Shown: positions 21,558 through 30,732, counted from the stretch's first letter. The stretch: DNA of 64,000 nt from Syntrophales bacterium (GCA_963662405.2 CAXXKT010000001.1:544001-608000); one strand, 5' to 3'. The notes: generated by a model not told the origin, from the sequence alone. Numbers and translations: made by a program.

Positions 21558-22956
21558 GGTCCTCTCCCGATAGTATGACGATACCGATCAACATGCCGGC
21601 CAGCGCCAGTGATCTCAGCCAGCACGGCATTGAATATGCGATTTCTTCAAGCGTGCGGTTTCGCCCGCACCACTGCAGTGCGAATAGAATGGATGCAACA
21701 CCGGCCGTCATGATGACATCCCGTGACCCCAGCATCAGTGTGGCCGGCTCACCTCCCAACCCGAACATGGCCCGTACCATCATGCAGGCCTCCGCGAGGG
21801 TATCGGCCCGGAAAAAGACCCACGCGACACAGACAAGGGCGGCGGTAAAAAGGGCCAGGACGACCTTGAGCGGCATCCTGCTCCAGACGCGGGAAGCGGG
21901 TATGATCCTCCTGAGCAGCCGCTCCCCAAGGAGATAGAGGCCATGCACCCCCCCCCACAGCACAAAGGTCCACGACGCGCCGTGCCACAGCCCTCCGATC
22001 AGCATCGTCAGCATCGTATTGACCTGCGTCCTCAGCCCGCCCCGGCGGTTGCCGCCGAGGGGTATGTACAGGTAATCGCGGAGCCACGTTGAGAGAGAAA
22101 TGTGCCACCGCCGCCAGAAGTCGGAAAAGCCGGTCGCCGCATAGGGGGCATTGAAGTTGTCGGGGAGGTGAAATCCGAGGCAGATCGCCACACCGACGGC
22201 ACAGGTTGAATATCCCGCGAAGTCACAGAATATCTGCCCGGCGAAGGCGACCGTCGCGCACCATGAACTCACCATGTCCGGCACCCCGCTCCCGTCATAG
22301 ACCGCCTCCGCCACCGGGGCGAGGAGACCGTCGGCCAGTGCCACCTTTTCAAAGAGGCCCAGGGTCACGAGGACCAGTCCCCAGGCCATGTCACGCCCCG
22401 TTACCGTCGGCTCCTTCAGGCACTGGGGGAGGAAATGGAAGGCGCGGACGATGGGACCGGCCACAAGCTGCGGGAAAAAGGCGACATAGAGGGCGTAGTC
22501 CAGGAAGGAATGCCACGGGCGGCCCGTCCCCCGGTAGATGTCGATGGTGTACGAGAGGGTCTGGAAGGTGTAAAAGGATATGCCGAGGGGAATAATCAGG
22601 TCCGGCCGCGGCGGTTGATACGCGATATGGAGCCAGTGCATCAGGATCGTGAAGTTTTCGATCAGGAATCCCGCATACTTGAAATAGCAGAGCAGCCCCA
22701 GGTTGACGGCGAGGCTGAGGAAGAGAAAAATCCTGCGGGTTCTTATGCTTTTTGATTCGTGGATGCGCCGGGCGGCGATCCAGTCCGCCACCGTGGATAT
22801 CCACAGGAGGATGACGAACGGGGGGTTCCACGCGGCATAAAAGAGGTAACTGGCAGCGAGGAGCCCCGCCTTCTTCACCCCCCACCGCAGGGGGAAACGC
22901 GTGAAGGCGATGACGACGGCAAAGAATACGATAAAGGTATACGAGTTGAACAGCAC
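21532..22956 (-). CDS. MBOAT family O-acyltransferase (AlgI/PatA-like)
   Basis: MLFNS start, PLGISFYTFQ, FFPQLVAGPI, DFAGYS, FWRRWHISLSTWLRDYLYIPLGG, GLWHGA, FIYFQF end. Confidence 0.95.
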   Translation of the reverse strand: MLFNSYTFIVFFAVVIAFTRFPLRWGVKKAGLLAASYLFYAAWNPPFVILLWISTVADWIAARRIHESKSIRTRRIFLFLSLAVNLGLLCYFKYAGFLIENFTILMHWLHIAYQPPRPDLIIPLGISFYTFQTLSYTIDIYRGTGRPWHSFLDYALYVAFFPQLVAGPIVRAFHFLPQCLKEPTVTGRDMAWGLVLVTLGLFEKVALADGLLAPVAEAVYDGSGVPDMVSSWCATVAFAGQIFCDFAGYSTCAVGVAICLGFHLPDNFNAPYAATGFSDFWRRWHISLSTWLRDYLYIPLGGNRRGGLRTQVNTMLTMLIGGLWHGASWTFVLWGGVHGLYLLGERLLRRIIPASRVWSRMPLKVVLALFTAALVCVAWVFFRADTLAEACMMVRAMFGLGGEPATLMLGSRDVIMTAGVASILFALQWCGRNRTLEEIAYSMPCWLRSLALAGMLIGIVILSGEDRAFIYFQF

Positions 22957-23099
22957 GGGAAAGGTGAGGCCTCCGTACCACGAATCGGATTGTTATTCCG
23001 GCGGAAGCCGGCACGATGCTCCCCCGCTATTATCGCGGCAGGGCCGACTCTCCCGAAAGGGGGAACCGACCCTGGGCGAAGAGAATCGATATGGCGCCG

Positions 23100-23651
23100 T
23101 TACCCTTTGTCCGGGGTAAAGGTGCCATCCATCTTGAGCGTGCCTTGTTCCTTTCTGCCGTCGGGGTACGTGAGCGTCCCCACCGCGAAGCGCTTGATCC
23201 ACCGATATTCGGCCGGTGCCTTTATGCCGGTCTGCGCGGGAGCTTGCCCCTTTGTAACGTGGATCTCCTTCTTCCACTCTCCGGTAAATATCCTCCCGTC
23301 CCAGAAGGCCATGGTTCCCTGTCCTTCCCAAGCACCCTTCTTGAACTCCCCATCATACTGCTTTAACGGTTGGCCCTCGGGATACGTCAGGATCCCCCGG
23401 CCATCGGGTTTACCCTTCTGCCAGGACCCGGTATACGTATCACCGCCCGCCCCAATCATCATCCCCTGGCCTTCCGGCACACCATCCTTGAACTGCCCCG
23501 TATATTTCTTGAAGTTTTTATGGCCGGGATAGGTCATCACCCCTTCCCCGTTGAGGCAATCCCCCTGTATGCATTCGGACAGGACCGCTCCAGGATACCC
23601 GATAAGCAGCGCCGCCAGAACGGCGCACATCCACACTCGTTTCATTTTCAT
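23100..23651 (-). CDS. Secreted MORN-repeat protein
   Basis: Signal peptide, CIQGDCLNGEG, repeated Y.G.(F/W)K.G...G.G motifs; GGAGG RBS (start 23651 or 23645). Confidence 0.85.
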   Translation of the reverse strand: MKMKRVWMCAVLAALLIGYPGAVLSECIQGDCLNGEGVMTYPGHKNFKKYTGQFKDGVPEGQGMMIGAGGDTYTGSWQKGKPDGRGILTYPEGQPLKQYDGEFKKGAWEGQGTMAFWDGRIFTGEWKKEIHVTKGQAPAQTGIKAPAEYRWIKRFAVGTLTYPDGRKEQGTLKMDGTFTPDKG

Positions 23652-23723
23652 TCCTCCCTGATTAAAGAACTCTCCGCACACCGGATTGGGCTCCGGGACA
23701 CCGGCGAGGCTGCTCGAACCGCT

Positions 23724-24140
23724 CTATTGCTTCATCCCGGGGATCCCCAGGGGCGCCAGCTTCAGGCGCCAGCCGTCATCTTGCAGCAGCCACGTTTCCT
23801 TGAAGGTAAAGGGGAATACCATCCCCATATGCGATGCCTTGCACGTAACGTTCGCCACGGCTTCTTTCCCCGATTCCAGCATGGTAATCTCTGTGATCGA
23901 AAACTCCGATATATCGAGATTTGCCCCCCGTAAGAAAGCCTGGAGGGATACCTTCTCGCGGTATTCGGCCACCGTCAGATTATAGACGATGTCCCAGTTC
24001 TTGCTGACCTTGGCGTTCCACGCCTGTGTCACTCTCTGCCTCAGGGCCTCCTCACTTCCCGGATCCCTCAGGAGGTGAGCACATCCTCCCAACATGACAG
24101 ACAGCGAAATCAGAATAACCATCACCCTGAATCGATTCAT
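23724..24140 (-). CDS. Putative lipoprotein (NTF2-like fold possible)
   Basis: Lipobox LGGC after a hydrophobic stretch; ATGA overlap with the upstream gene; ETWLLQDDGWRL terminus. Confidence 0.75.
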   Translation of the reverse strand: MNRFRVMVILISLSVMLGGCAHLLRDPGSEEALRQRVTQAWNAKVSKNWDIVYNLTVAEYREKVSLQAFLRGANLDISEFSITEITMLESGKEAVANVTCKASHMGMVFPFTFKETWLLQDDGWRLKLAPLGIPGMKQ

Positions 24141-25195
24141 TGTTTCTCACCTCCGGACGCGGATTGTTTCTTGAGCAATTCCATATATTCTGCCGGAGAC
24201 AATTTGTGAAGTTCCTTGATATTCCTCATCTGTTCCTTTTCCCTCTTCTCTTCAAGCTTATCTTTCATGTCCTTACCGGTTATGGCAACGATCTTTTCAT
24301 CATCAGGGATCGAACCATCCAGAGGGATCATCCGGCTCCGGCTGACGGCGGCCTTTCCGTCCGCGTCGAGATTGAGGCGGGTATATCCGACTTGCTCCCC
24401 CCTATAGCTTGACTTGATGAAGGGCTCGTTGCTCGCGGCTTGCGCCATCTTCTTTCCGCAGCCCCCGCGCCTGTCTTTGTCCCCGGAACAAATGCTGAGA
24501 TCGATGCCGTCTAAGTCTTTAACCAGCAGGCGCGTCTTCTCCAGGTCATACTGGGAGAGCAGAACGATGACATCGGTCTGCTCCCGCAGCCCCGGCAGCA
24601 CCGCCGTGATGGCCGTCTTGGGATCAACGATCTCGAGACCTGCAACCAGGCCTTTGTCGCTGATATGGTCGAACGCACCGAGGGGGAGGATGGAAAGCAC
24701 GCCGACCCTGACATCTCCCGCCTTGACGACTGCGTATCCGTTACCGAAGGGCTGCATCCCGTCCCGGCGGACGAGATTCGTCGTAACGAAGCTGATACCG
24801 ACCTCCGACGCGGTCTTCGTCAAAAACTCGGCCCCGAGGGAGAAATCAACCCCTCCGAGACCATGTGCGTCATACCCCATGGTGTCCATCGCTTCGACGC
24901 CGATCTTCGCCACCAGTTCGCGATCCCATGCGCCGTCCCGATCCCGGGCGGACTCGGGGGGCATAAAACCGCCGCTATCCAGCAGGATCACTGGCGCCTC
25001 TTCGCTTCGAACCGAATCAATCACCGTTTTCGCTCGGGCCAGACCGCCCGAGGTACGGCCGCCTCACCCACGCCTCGGGGTCAGCTGCCCGACCAGATCG
25101 CCGGTGAACAGCACCGTAACTCCCTCATGCGCCAAGGCTCCCTCCGGCAGGGCCAGGCACAAAGCACACAGGACAAACAGGATCCATCTTTTCAC
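24137..25195 (-). CDS. UshA-like (metallophosphoesterase fold) secreted selenoprotein; Sec at UGA 25066-25064
   Basis: Frame continues upstream through one TGA to a signal peptide (GTG 25195, or ATG 25213): ..EGALA|HEGVTVLFTGDLVGQLTPRRG-U-GGRTSGGLARAKTVIDSVR..LLDSGG; SECIS hairpin 11 nt after the UGA. Confidence 0.82.
25033..25052 (-). promoter_or_regulatory. Bacterial SECIS element
   Basis: mRNA UGA-GGCGGCCGUAC(11 nt)-CUCGGGC-GGUCUG-GCCCGAG: 7-bp stem and G-first loop, resembling the E. coli fdhF SECIS apex. Confidence 0.78.
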
Positions 25196-25308
25196 GATAT
25201 CTTCTACCTCCATGGGTTCTTGTTTTGGGAAGATCTACGGGAAGATCCCCTCCCGTTTTACAACACATTAAACCAGATTTCCTCTATACCGCATCAGAAT
25301 TTCGCCCG

Positions 25309-25644
25309 TCAGTATTTACAGGGTGCGGCCATCGCAAGTCGTTCAAGATCCCCTTTGACGGTCTCGTCATCCGCCAGGTTGTTGCGAAAACATGCCTGGA
25401 GACATGCCTCCAGGTGGTGTCGGGGCTCTACCAGTCGGTAATGTCTCCACGTACCATCACGCCGAACTTCGACCATCCCCGCCGCGCGCATAATCCCAAG
25501 GTGGCGGGAGATTTTGAATTCCGGCTCGTGGAGCGCCTCTCCCAGCTGGCAGACACATTTCTCCCCCTGGATGGAAAGCAGGACCGCCAGTCTGAACCGG
25601 GTCGGATCGGCAAGGGCCTTGAAAATGGCTATTTCATCGTGCAT
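25309..25644 (-). CDS. ArsR/SmtB family metalloregulator
   Basis: FKALADPTRFRL, EKCVCQL (CxC box as in ArsR ELCVCDL), ISRHLGIMRAAG, RRDGTWRHYRL. Confidence 0.93.
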   Translation of the reverse strand: MHDEIAIFKALADPTRFRLAVLLSIQGEKCVCQLGEALHEPEFKISRHLGIMRAAGMVEVRRDGTWRHYRLVEPRHHLEACLQACFRNNLADDETVKGDLERLAMAAPCKY

Positions 25645-25661
25645 GTCAGGGTTCCCCTCCT

Positions 25662-25716
25662 ATCTACGAATATGCACATTAACGCAGATTAAACATGCCC
25701 GACACAACCCTGTCAA
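25662..25716 (-). promoter_or_regulatory. Sigma70 promoter and overlapping imperfect palindrome (candidate ArsR operator)
   Basis: TTGACA (25716-25711)-N17-TTTAAT (25693-25688); palindrome ATCTACG-AATATGCACATT-AA-CGCAGAT at 25662-25689. Confidence 0.6.
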
Positions 25717-25885
25717 GAACAATATTGATCGGGGAAGAACATTACCCCCGAGTCGGAGAGCATTCGGAGCGGTACCGTTGGTATCCCCGATAGGCCTTCT
25801 CATCCGCCGTCTCAGAAAAATCTTGCCGATGGACAATCAGGCACCTCGATCCTGCGCCGTGGCCGGGAACCGTCGGCGGGCATGG

Positions 25886-28303
25886 TCACCGTATGACATC
25901 CCCCATCAATTTGTGGCTATCTACCGACGTCTGGAGATAGACGCCGCTGATAAAACCGTCATCAAGAGATTCGATTTTCGCGTATCCGAAGCGTTCGTCC
26001 ACGCCGAAAAGGCTTCTGATCGTCCCGCACACCTTTCGGTTCGGAGCCATATCCTCCCAGTCCCGCGTAAGGAGAAGATCTCCATCCGGGCTGAAGACTG
26101 AGCACCGGACGGTCGTCTCCGTGACTCCGGCATTAGTGAAACAGATTCCCGTCCCCCAAGACGTCTGATCGGGAATATGCGGGACATATCCGATTGAGGC
26201 GGACGCCCCCCTGATCGGCACCCCGGCCAGCTGCCATCCGCTGCTTGACGCGTACAACAGCCAGCCGCACAGGGGCTGATCGGCATGGGACACGATCCGG
26301 ATCGAAGCGATCTCCTGGGGGGAAACAAATGGGAAAAACGTGGTCGGTGTTCCGACCACATGCTGCCGTGCCTTGATGGTTCTCGTCGATTCATCCAGGA
26401 GATTCCCATCCGCGTCATATCCGTAAAAGGTGACAAGCGATGAGAACCGCCCGGCATTCGCGACGACGATACCCGTCTGCCAGTTCCGGTTCGAAGCGAC
26501 GTGCGGGACCACCAGCTCGGAGGTCCGCTCCGGATCCAGGGGGATAAGGCTCTTCAGGGAAAGTGAGACAGAAACATCTTCATACAGTTTCACATACCCG
26601 ATCAGCGAAGCGGCCCCGCCCTCAACCGTGGCGCTCATGGTCCGCGCCTCCTCGGATCTGAGGATCCCGACGGCGCCGGGCCGGTCCTCCGTTTTCTGAC
26701 CAGGATCGAGGACGACCGTATCCGTGCCGAGCGGCTCCCCCTGATCGTCATAGGCTTGGCGGGTAACGGTCACCGCCTGGTCGCCGACATTGATCATGCC
26801 GAGGTATGTCGTCCAGAATCCATACGCCAGTTGGGGGTAAAAGAGTTCCGCGGCGGCATCCCCACCCGGCAGGAGGTTGCACCCCATGAGGTCCCAGCTC
26901 CCGTAGGTCACCTCCTGCAGCCCCCAGAGCGGCTCATCCGCATCCACGCGGAGATATCCCTTGTCCGGGAGCGTCAGTCCGAAGTCATCCTCAACGGTCC
27001 CGGACAGCTGGCCGTAGAGATCCGACACGGAAAAGCTCTCCCCCAGCGGCAGTCCTTCCCGGTCCATCTGCGAGACGATGATCCTCCCCGACTCCGTTTC
27101 AGGGCTGAGGAGGGCAATGCCGTTGACCCATGACCCCGAAGGATCGAGTGGGAACAGCCCCTGCCAGCCGAGGATGTGCATTACATACAACTCGTAGGTT
27201 ACATCGGATCCGGTCGTCGGTACCAGTTGCAGGTAACAGGGCCCTTCCTCGCCGGCCTCGATAACGGTAGTGGCGCCGTCACTTTCGAAATGCAGCTCAT
27301 CCCCCATGGGGTATACCGTCAGGTCCATCCCCCCGGAGTCGGCGAAACCGGTGATCTCCACACGATCTCCCGCTTTCAGATCGATCGAGAACCAGTCGTC
27401 GGTGACCCCCAGGAGGGACGCGTAGTGGCCGCTCGATATCTCGGCGGCCGTTTCCTGTGACGTGTTGCCGGCAAAGGCATCATCCTCCGCCGCCGCGATC
27501 AATCTCACCTCCTCAACAGCAATCCCCGGGTTCAGGCAGCCGGGGCCCAGGACCTCCCAGGCCCCCTGCGGAGGCGCGATCCCCTCCCCCCAGCCGCTGT
27601 CCGCGATCTCGTCTCCATCCATCCGAAACCAGTACTCGTACGTCTTCTGGAGCACACGGGTCCCCACATAATCGGGACCGACGCCGTCGTTTGCGTAGTA
27701 TATCGTGGTGGTAAAGGTGATAACAGTCCCCACGGTCGTACTCTCGACATCGAACTGGTACACGGGGTAATTCCAGTGCTCCGGCGATATTCCCAGGTCC
27801 ATGATAACCGGCATCCCGCGATCCCCGATATAATCGTGCAGGACCCCGTGGAACCCGGCGGGGCTGTCGACGCCGAACCCGCCGCTGCTTGCCTCGACAT
27901 AATCGGCCTCGGTATAGGCCACGGTCAGGAGCCCCTTTTTGTCCCCCACATGAAATATAACCCCTCCGTAGAGGCCCGGACAAGTCGGTTCCGGTTCCAT
28001 GATGGACGCGGCGGCCCAGTTCCAGCAGTGCCCCCACCAACCTTCAGCGTCGTCGCTGTAATAGTACGACTCCCCGTAAGCGGTCGCCGGCCCGTCATAC
28101 CTCCCGCTGGTCACATAATCGTATTTTTGCAGGGGGGCCGGGGTCCCACGGTAGCCGTAGACGAGTTCCCCCCGCGAGGTCGGCCACCACCACCCGGACC
28201 ACGGTATGGTGTCCGCGGTATAGGTCTCACACAGACCGCCTGCCGCCATGGCGCACCACAGCATGACCATCAGACAAATCCCCGGTACTCTCCGTGCGCT
28301 CAT
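25886..28303 (-). CDS. Secreted protein: transglutaminase-elicitor-like N-domain + PPC-like domain + four repeat modules
   Basis: WSGWWWP, WWGHCWNWAAASIMEPEP, GDKKGLL, WNYPVY; DDWFSIDLKAGD (PPC-like); modules such as LVVPHVASNRNWQTGIVVAN; TGATG coupling to the upstream gene. Confidence 0.7.
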   Translation of the reverse strand: MSARRVPGICLMVMLWCAMAAGGLCETYTADTIPWSGWWWPTSRGELVYGYRGTPAPLQKYDYVTSGRYDGPATAYGESYYYSDDAEGWWGHCWNWAAASIMEPEPTCPGLYGGVIFHVGDKKGLLTVAYTEADYVEASSGGFGVDSPAGFHGVLHDYIGDRGMPVIMDLGISPEHWNYPVYQFDVESTTVGTVITFTTTIYYANDGVGPDYVGTRVLQKTYEYWFRMDGDEIADSGWGEGIAPPQGAWEVLGPGCLNPGIAVEEVRLIAAAEDDAFAGNTSQETAAEISSGHYASLLGVTDDWFSIDLKAGDRVEITGFADSGGMDLTVYPMGDELHFESDGATTVIEAGEEGPCYLQLVPTTGSDVTYELYVMHILGWQGLFPLDPSGSWVNGIALLSPETESGRIIVSQMDREGLPLGESFSVSDLYGQLSGTVEDDFGLTLPDKGYLRVDADEPLWGLQEVTYGSWDLMGCNLLPGGDAAAELFYPQLAYGFWTTYLGMINVGDQAVTVTRQAYDDQGEPLGTDTVVLDPGQKTEDRPGAVGILRSEEARTMSATVEGGAASLIGYVKLYEDVSVSLSLKSLIPLDPERTSELVVPHVASNRNWQTGIVVANAGRFSSLVTFYGYDADGNLLDESTRTIKARQHVVGTPTTFFPFVSPQEIASIRIVSHADQPLCGWLLYASSSGWQLAGVPIRGASASIGYVPHIPDQTSWGTGICFTNAGVTETTVRCSVFSPDGDLLLTRDWEDMAPNRKVCGTIRSLFGVDERFGYAKIESLDDGFISGVYLQTSVDSHKLMGDVIR

Positions 28304-29007
28304 CACTCCCTCACCAGCCAATATCTCAGGTGACCGTTCTCCCCACAGATCGGCCACGGCGCCGTTTCATCCCAGTACTGGACGAACGAAACCTCTCCGT
28401 TCCGCGTACACCTGATCTCAATCAGATTATCCCCCGCCACAGACGGGCAGAGTTCAACCTCACCGGAATACCGTTTCGCATCCTGCCGCAGGGTAACAGT
28501 TTTGACAAACCCGCCGCCGATCGAGCGCTTCGCCTGATACTGCCCCGACGAGGGGAGCTCGACCGGGAAAAGGGGGGCGTCGAAGGGAATAGACGATCGT
28601 TCGGTGGATACGGGCACGGCGGTATCGAAGGCCAGTTTCGCCACCACCTGTTCATTGCTTCGCCGAACCTCGACCGCAGCGAGGGAGCGGTCGGCGCACC
28701 GAAACCACAGACGGGCCCCGGGTCCGTTATTCCCGGAAACCGAGGTGACATCCACGACGTACACCGGCTCATCCGCCCTCGTTTCCATGCCGTCCACCCG
28801 GTATACCCAGACAACCGGTGCCGACCAGCCGTCCGCGACGGCGGGCAGCCGTTGGACGACCTTGACGGACCAGCTGTCTCCCACCCGCCAATCGGGGTGA
28901 AATGATTCCGCTCCCGATACCGTATAACTGCCGAAGAGGAGGATGGAAGCCATGAGGCATGCTCCCACCAACCCGTTCATCGCCCTTTTCCGTGTGACCT
29001 TTCCCAT
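28303..29007 (-). CDS. Secreted hypothetical protein
   Basis: Signal-like GLVGACLMASILLFGSYTVSGA followed by PDWRVGDSWSV; translationally coupled to the next gene; start uncertain (29007 or 28980). Confidence 0.65.
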   Translation of the reverse strand: MGKVTRKRAMNGLVGACLMASILLFGSYTVSGAESFHPDWRVGDSWSVKVVQRLPAVADGWSAPVVWVYRVDGMETRADEPVYVVDVTSVSGNNGPGARLWFRCADRSLAAVEVRRSNEQVVAKLAFDTAVPVSTERSSIPFDAPLFPVELPSSGQYQAKRSIGGGFVKTVTLRQDAKRYSGEVELCPSVAGDNLIEIRCTRNGEVSFVQYWDETAPWPICGENGHLRYWLVRE

Positions 29008-29200
29008 TGCGTGTCTCTTCGTCGTATCGTATCTCTCGCCCGGGGACATGTGTATCCTTTCCGCCGTTTCGACAGCCGGGAGAAAATGTACGTGATGATT
29101 GCCCCTGAAACGGGTATCAGACGGTGCCGAAGGGCCGGGGTATGGCACCACTACAGCCTTTACCCGGTCGGCAACCGGCCTTTTCGTTATTCTCAGATCG

Positions 29201-29241
29201 AAAAAAAAGGGTGATACGGACACCGTCCGTCCGTATCACCC
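29201..29241 (-). terminator. Rho-independent terminator after the candidate S-layer gene
   Basis: 13-bp perfect stem GGGTGATACGGAC/GTCCGTATCACCC, 7-nt loop, then T8 on the minus strand. Confidence 0.88.
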
Positions 29242-29299
29242 GGGTTGTCATCCCTTCCCCGAAACCGCTCAGGGCTCCGGGGAAGAAAAGCCATTTACA

Positions 29300-30478
29300 T
29301 TAGTCTAAGTCTCTCTGGCAGGGGCTGTTGCAGTCGGCCGCGTAGGTGCCGCCCGCGTAGTTCCCGTTGGAGAGGAACATATACCCATTGATCATGAAGT
29401 TGGCAGTCGCCTTCAGATAGGCACGACCCGCCGCCGGGACACCGCTGAACTCGGCCAGGATCGCGTCGAGGCTGAAGGTCCAGACATACTCATCACTCGC
29501 GAAGTCATCCTTCGTGTAGGTGAACTCGGTACCGGTCGCATCGACAAGCGTGAAGACCACTTCCATGTCACCGTACGCCACGGCGGCCGGATTCATATTG
29601 ATCAGGGTGATACCCGTGACCCACGGACTGCTCTGGGTCAGGACGTAGGGGAAGAGCACACAGCACTCATCCGGCTCCGTCACTGTTTCCGGGCAGTAGA
29701 TGCCGAGGTCGACGGTGCACTCGCAGACCACCGCGCAATCATCGCAGATGGTGCCCGGATTTTCGGCGGACAGCAGCTCGATCTTCACCAGAACGCTGGC
29801 GCCACGTACCGCATCGTCCTCATCGTACTTCATGGCGGGCATATCGATCCACCACCAGCAGAAGGCATCGTCAATGTCGGCCTCCTGGAGCAGATAGCCA
29901 TCTCCGCATTCCGTCTCTTTGACGAGGGGCTTGTAGAGAGGATCGCAGTCGTTATCCTTCGGAGCCGGAAAAGTGTCATACGTACGGGCACGGTCCGACC
30001 AGTAATTGTAGTCGGTGCCGAAGGTCCGGATGTTCCCCGTCGCTGCCATTGTCGCGGCGGCGCAGGCGTCCGTGGAATTCTCATAGGTGGTGAAGAAGAT
30101 CTCATCAGCCGTGAAATAGAACCCGTCCGTGAGGGACGTCATGCGGATCCCGATCGTGTTGCCCGATACAAAGGCGCTCACGTCTTCGCAGCAGCAGATG
30201 TCGAAGAGCACCTTGCAGCCTTCGTTATCCGTCGAATAGCCGATGGCACCGCTCGCGACGGCGGTCGCATCCAGGGCCGAACTGGTGTCATCATAGTCGA
30301 AGAAATAGGCCTGGCAGACCCCTGCCGCGTTGACGGCGGTCGAACTCACCGGGCAATCAATGGTGCCGATATTGCACTTGCCGCAGTCTTCGCAGCATGC
30401 CTGATGCGCGGCGGCGGGCATTGCAAACGCGAAGACCATCGCCATCGCGGCAAATAATACTAAAGCTTTTTTCATCAT
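29300..30478 (-). CDS. Acidic, Cys-rich secreted protein; candidate S-layer/major surface protein
   Basis: AGGAGG RBS, signal peptide MKKALVLFAAMAMVFAFAMPAAA, about 23 Cys, D/E/T-rich, C-terminal module VLFPYVLTQSSPWVTGITLIN, long upstream non-coding region, own terminator. Confidence 0.7.
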   Translation of the reverse strand: MMKKALVLFAAMAMVFAFAMPAAAHQACCEDCGKCNIGTIDCPVSSTAVNAAGVCQAYFFDYDDTSSALDATAVASGAIGYSTDNEGCKVLFDICCCEDVSAFVSGNTIGIRMTSLTDGFYFTADEIFFTTYENSTDACAAATMAATGNIRTFGTDYNYWSDRARTYDTFPAPKDNDCDPLYKPLVKETECGDGYLLQEADIDDAFCWWWIDMPAMKYDEDDAVRGASVLVKIELLSAENPGTICDDCAVVCECTVDLGIYCPETVTEPDECCVLFPYVLTQSSPWVTGITLINMNPAAVAYGDMEVVFTLVDATGTEFTYTKDDFASDEYVWTFSLDAILAEFSGVPAAGRAYLKATANFMINGYMFLSNGNYAGGTYAADCNSPCQRDLD

Positions 30479-30732
30479 CTTTTCCTCCTGAAATAGTCTG
30501 GTTTAAATATTTCCTGTGGTTGTACAACATCACCTTCTACCGCAATTGCAACTGTTCTCCTCGTATCCCTCCTTTCCGCTCTGTTCTTTTTATCTTCTTA
30601 CCAAGAAAACTCCCGCCCCTCCCGGACCGGGTGTATATCCAACACTCGGCATCCCTCTCTGAGAGCAATACCGACCACACATCGTTGATGCTTACTACGC
30701 CAATCGCGCCCCTGTCAAGCATATTCTATCCA

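Noticed and set aside
24137..25024. 295-aa ORF as a complete gene or a nonsense pseudogene
   Set aside because: The upstream in-frame signal peptide and first fold motif, plus the SECIS hairpin, favour UGA read-through
29300..30478. Multiheme cytochrome or ferredoxin
   Set aside because: No CxxCH motifs or ferredoxin Cys spacing; it has a Sec-pathway signal peptide
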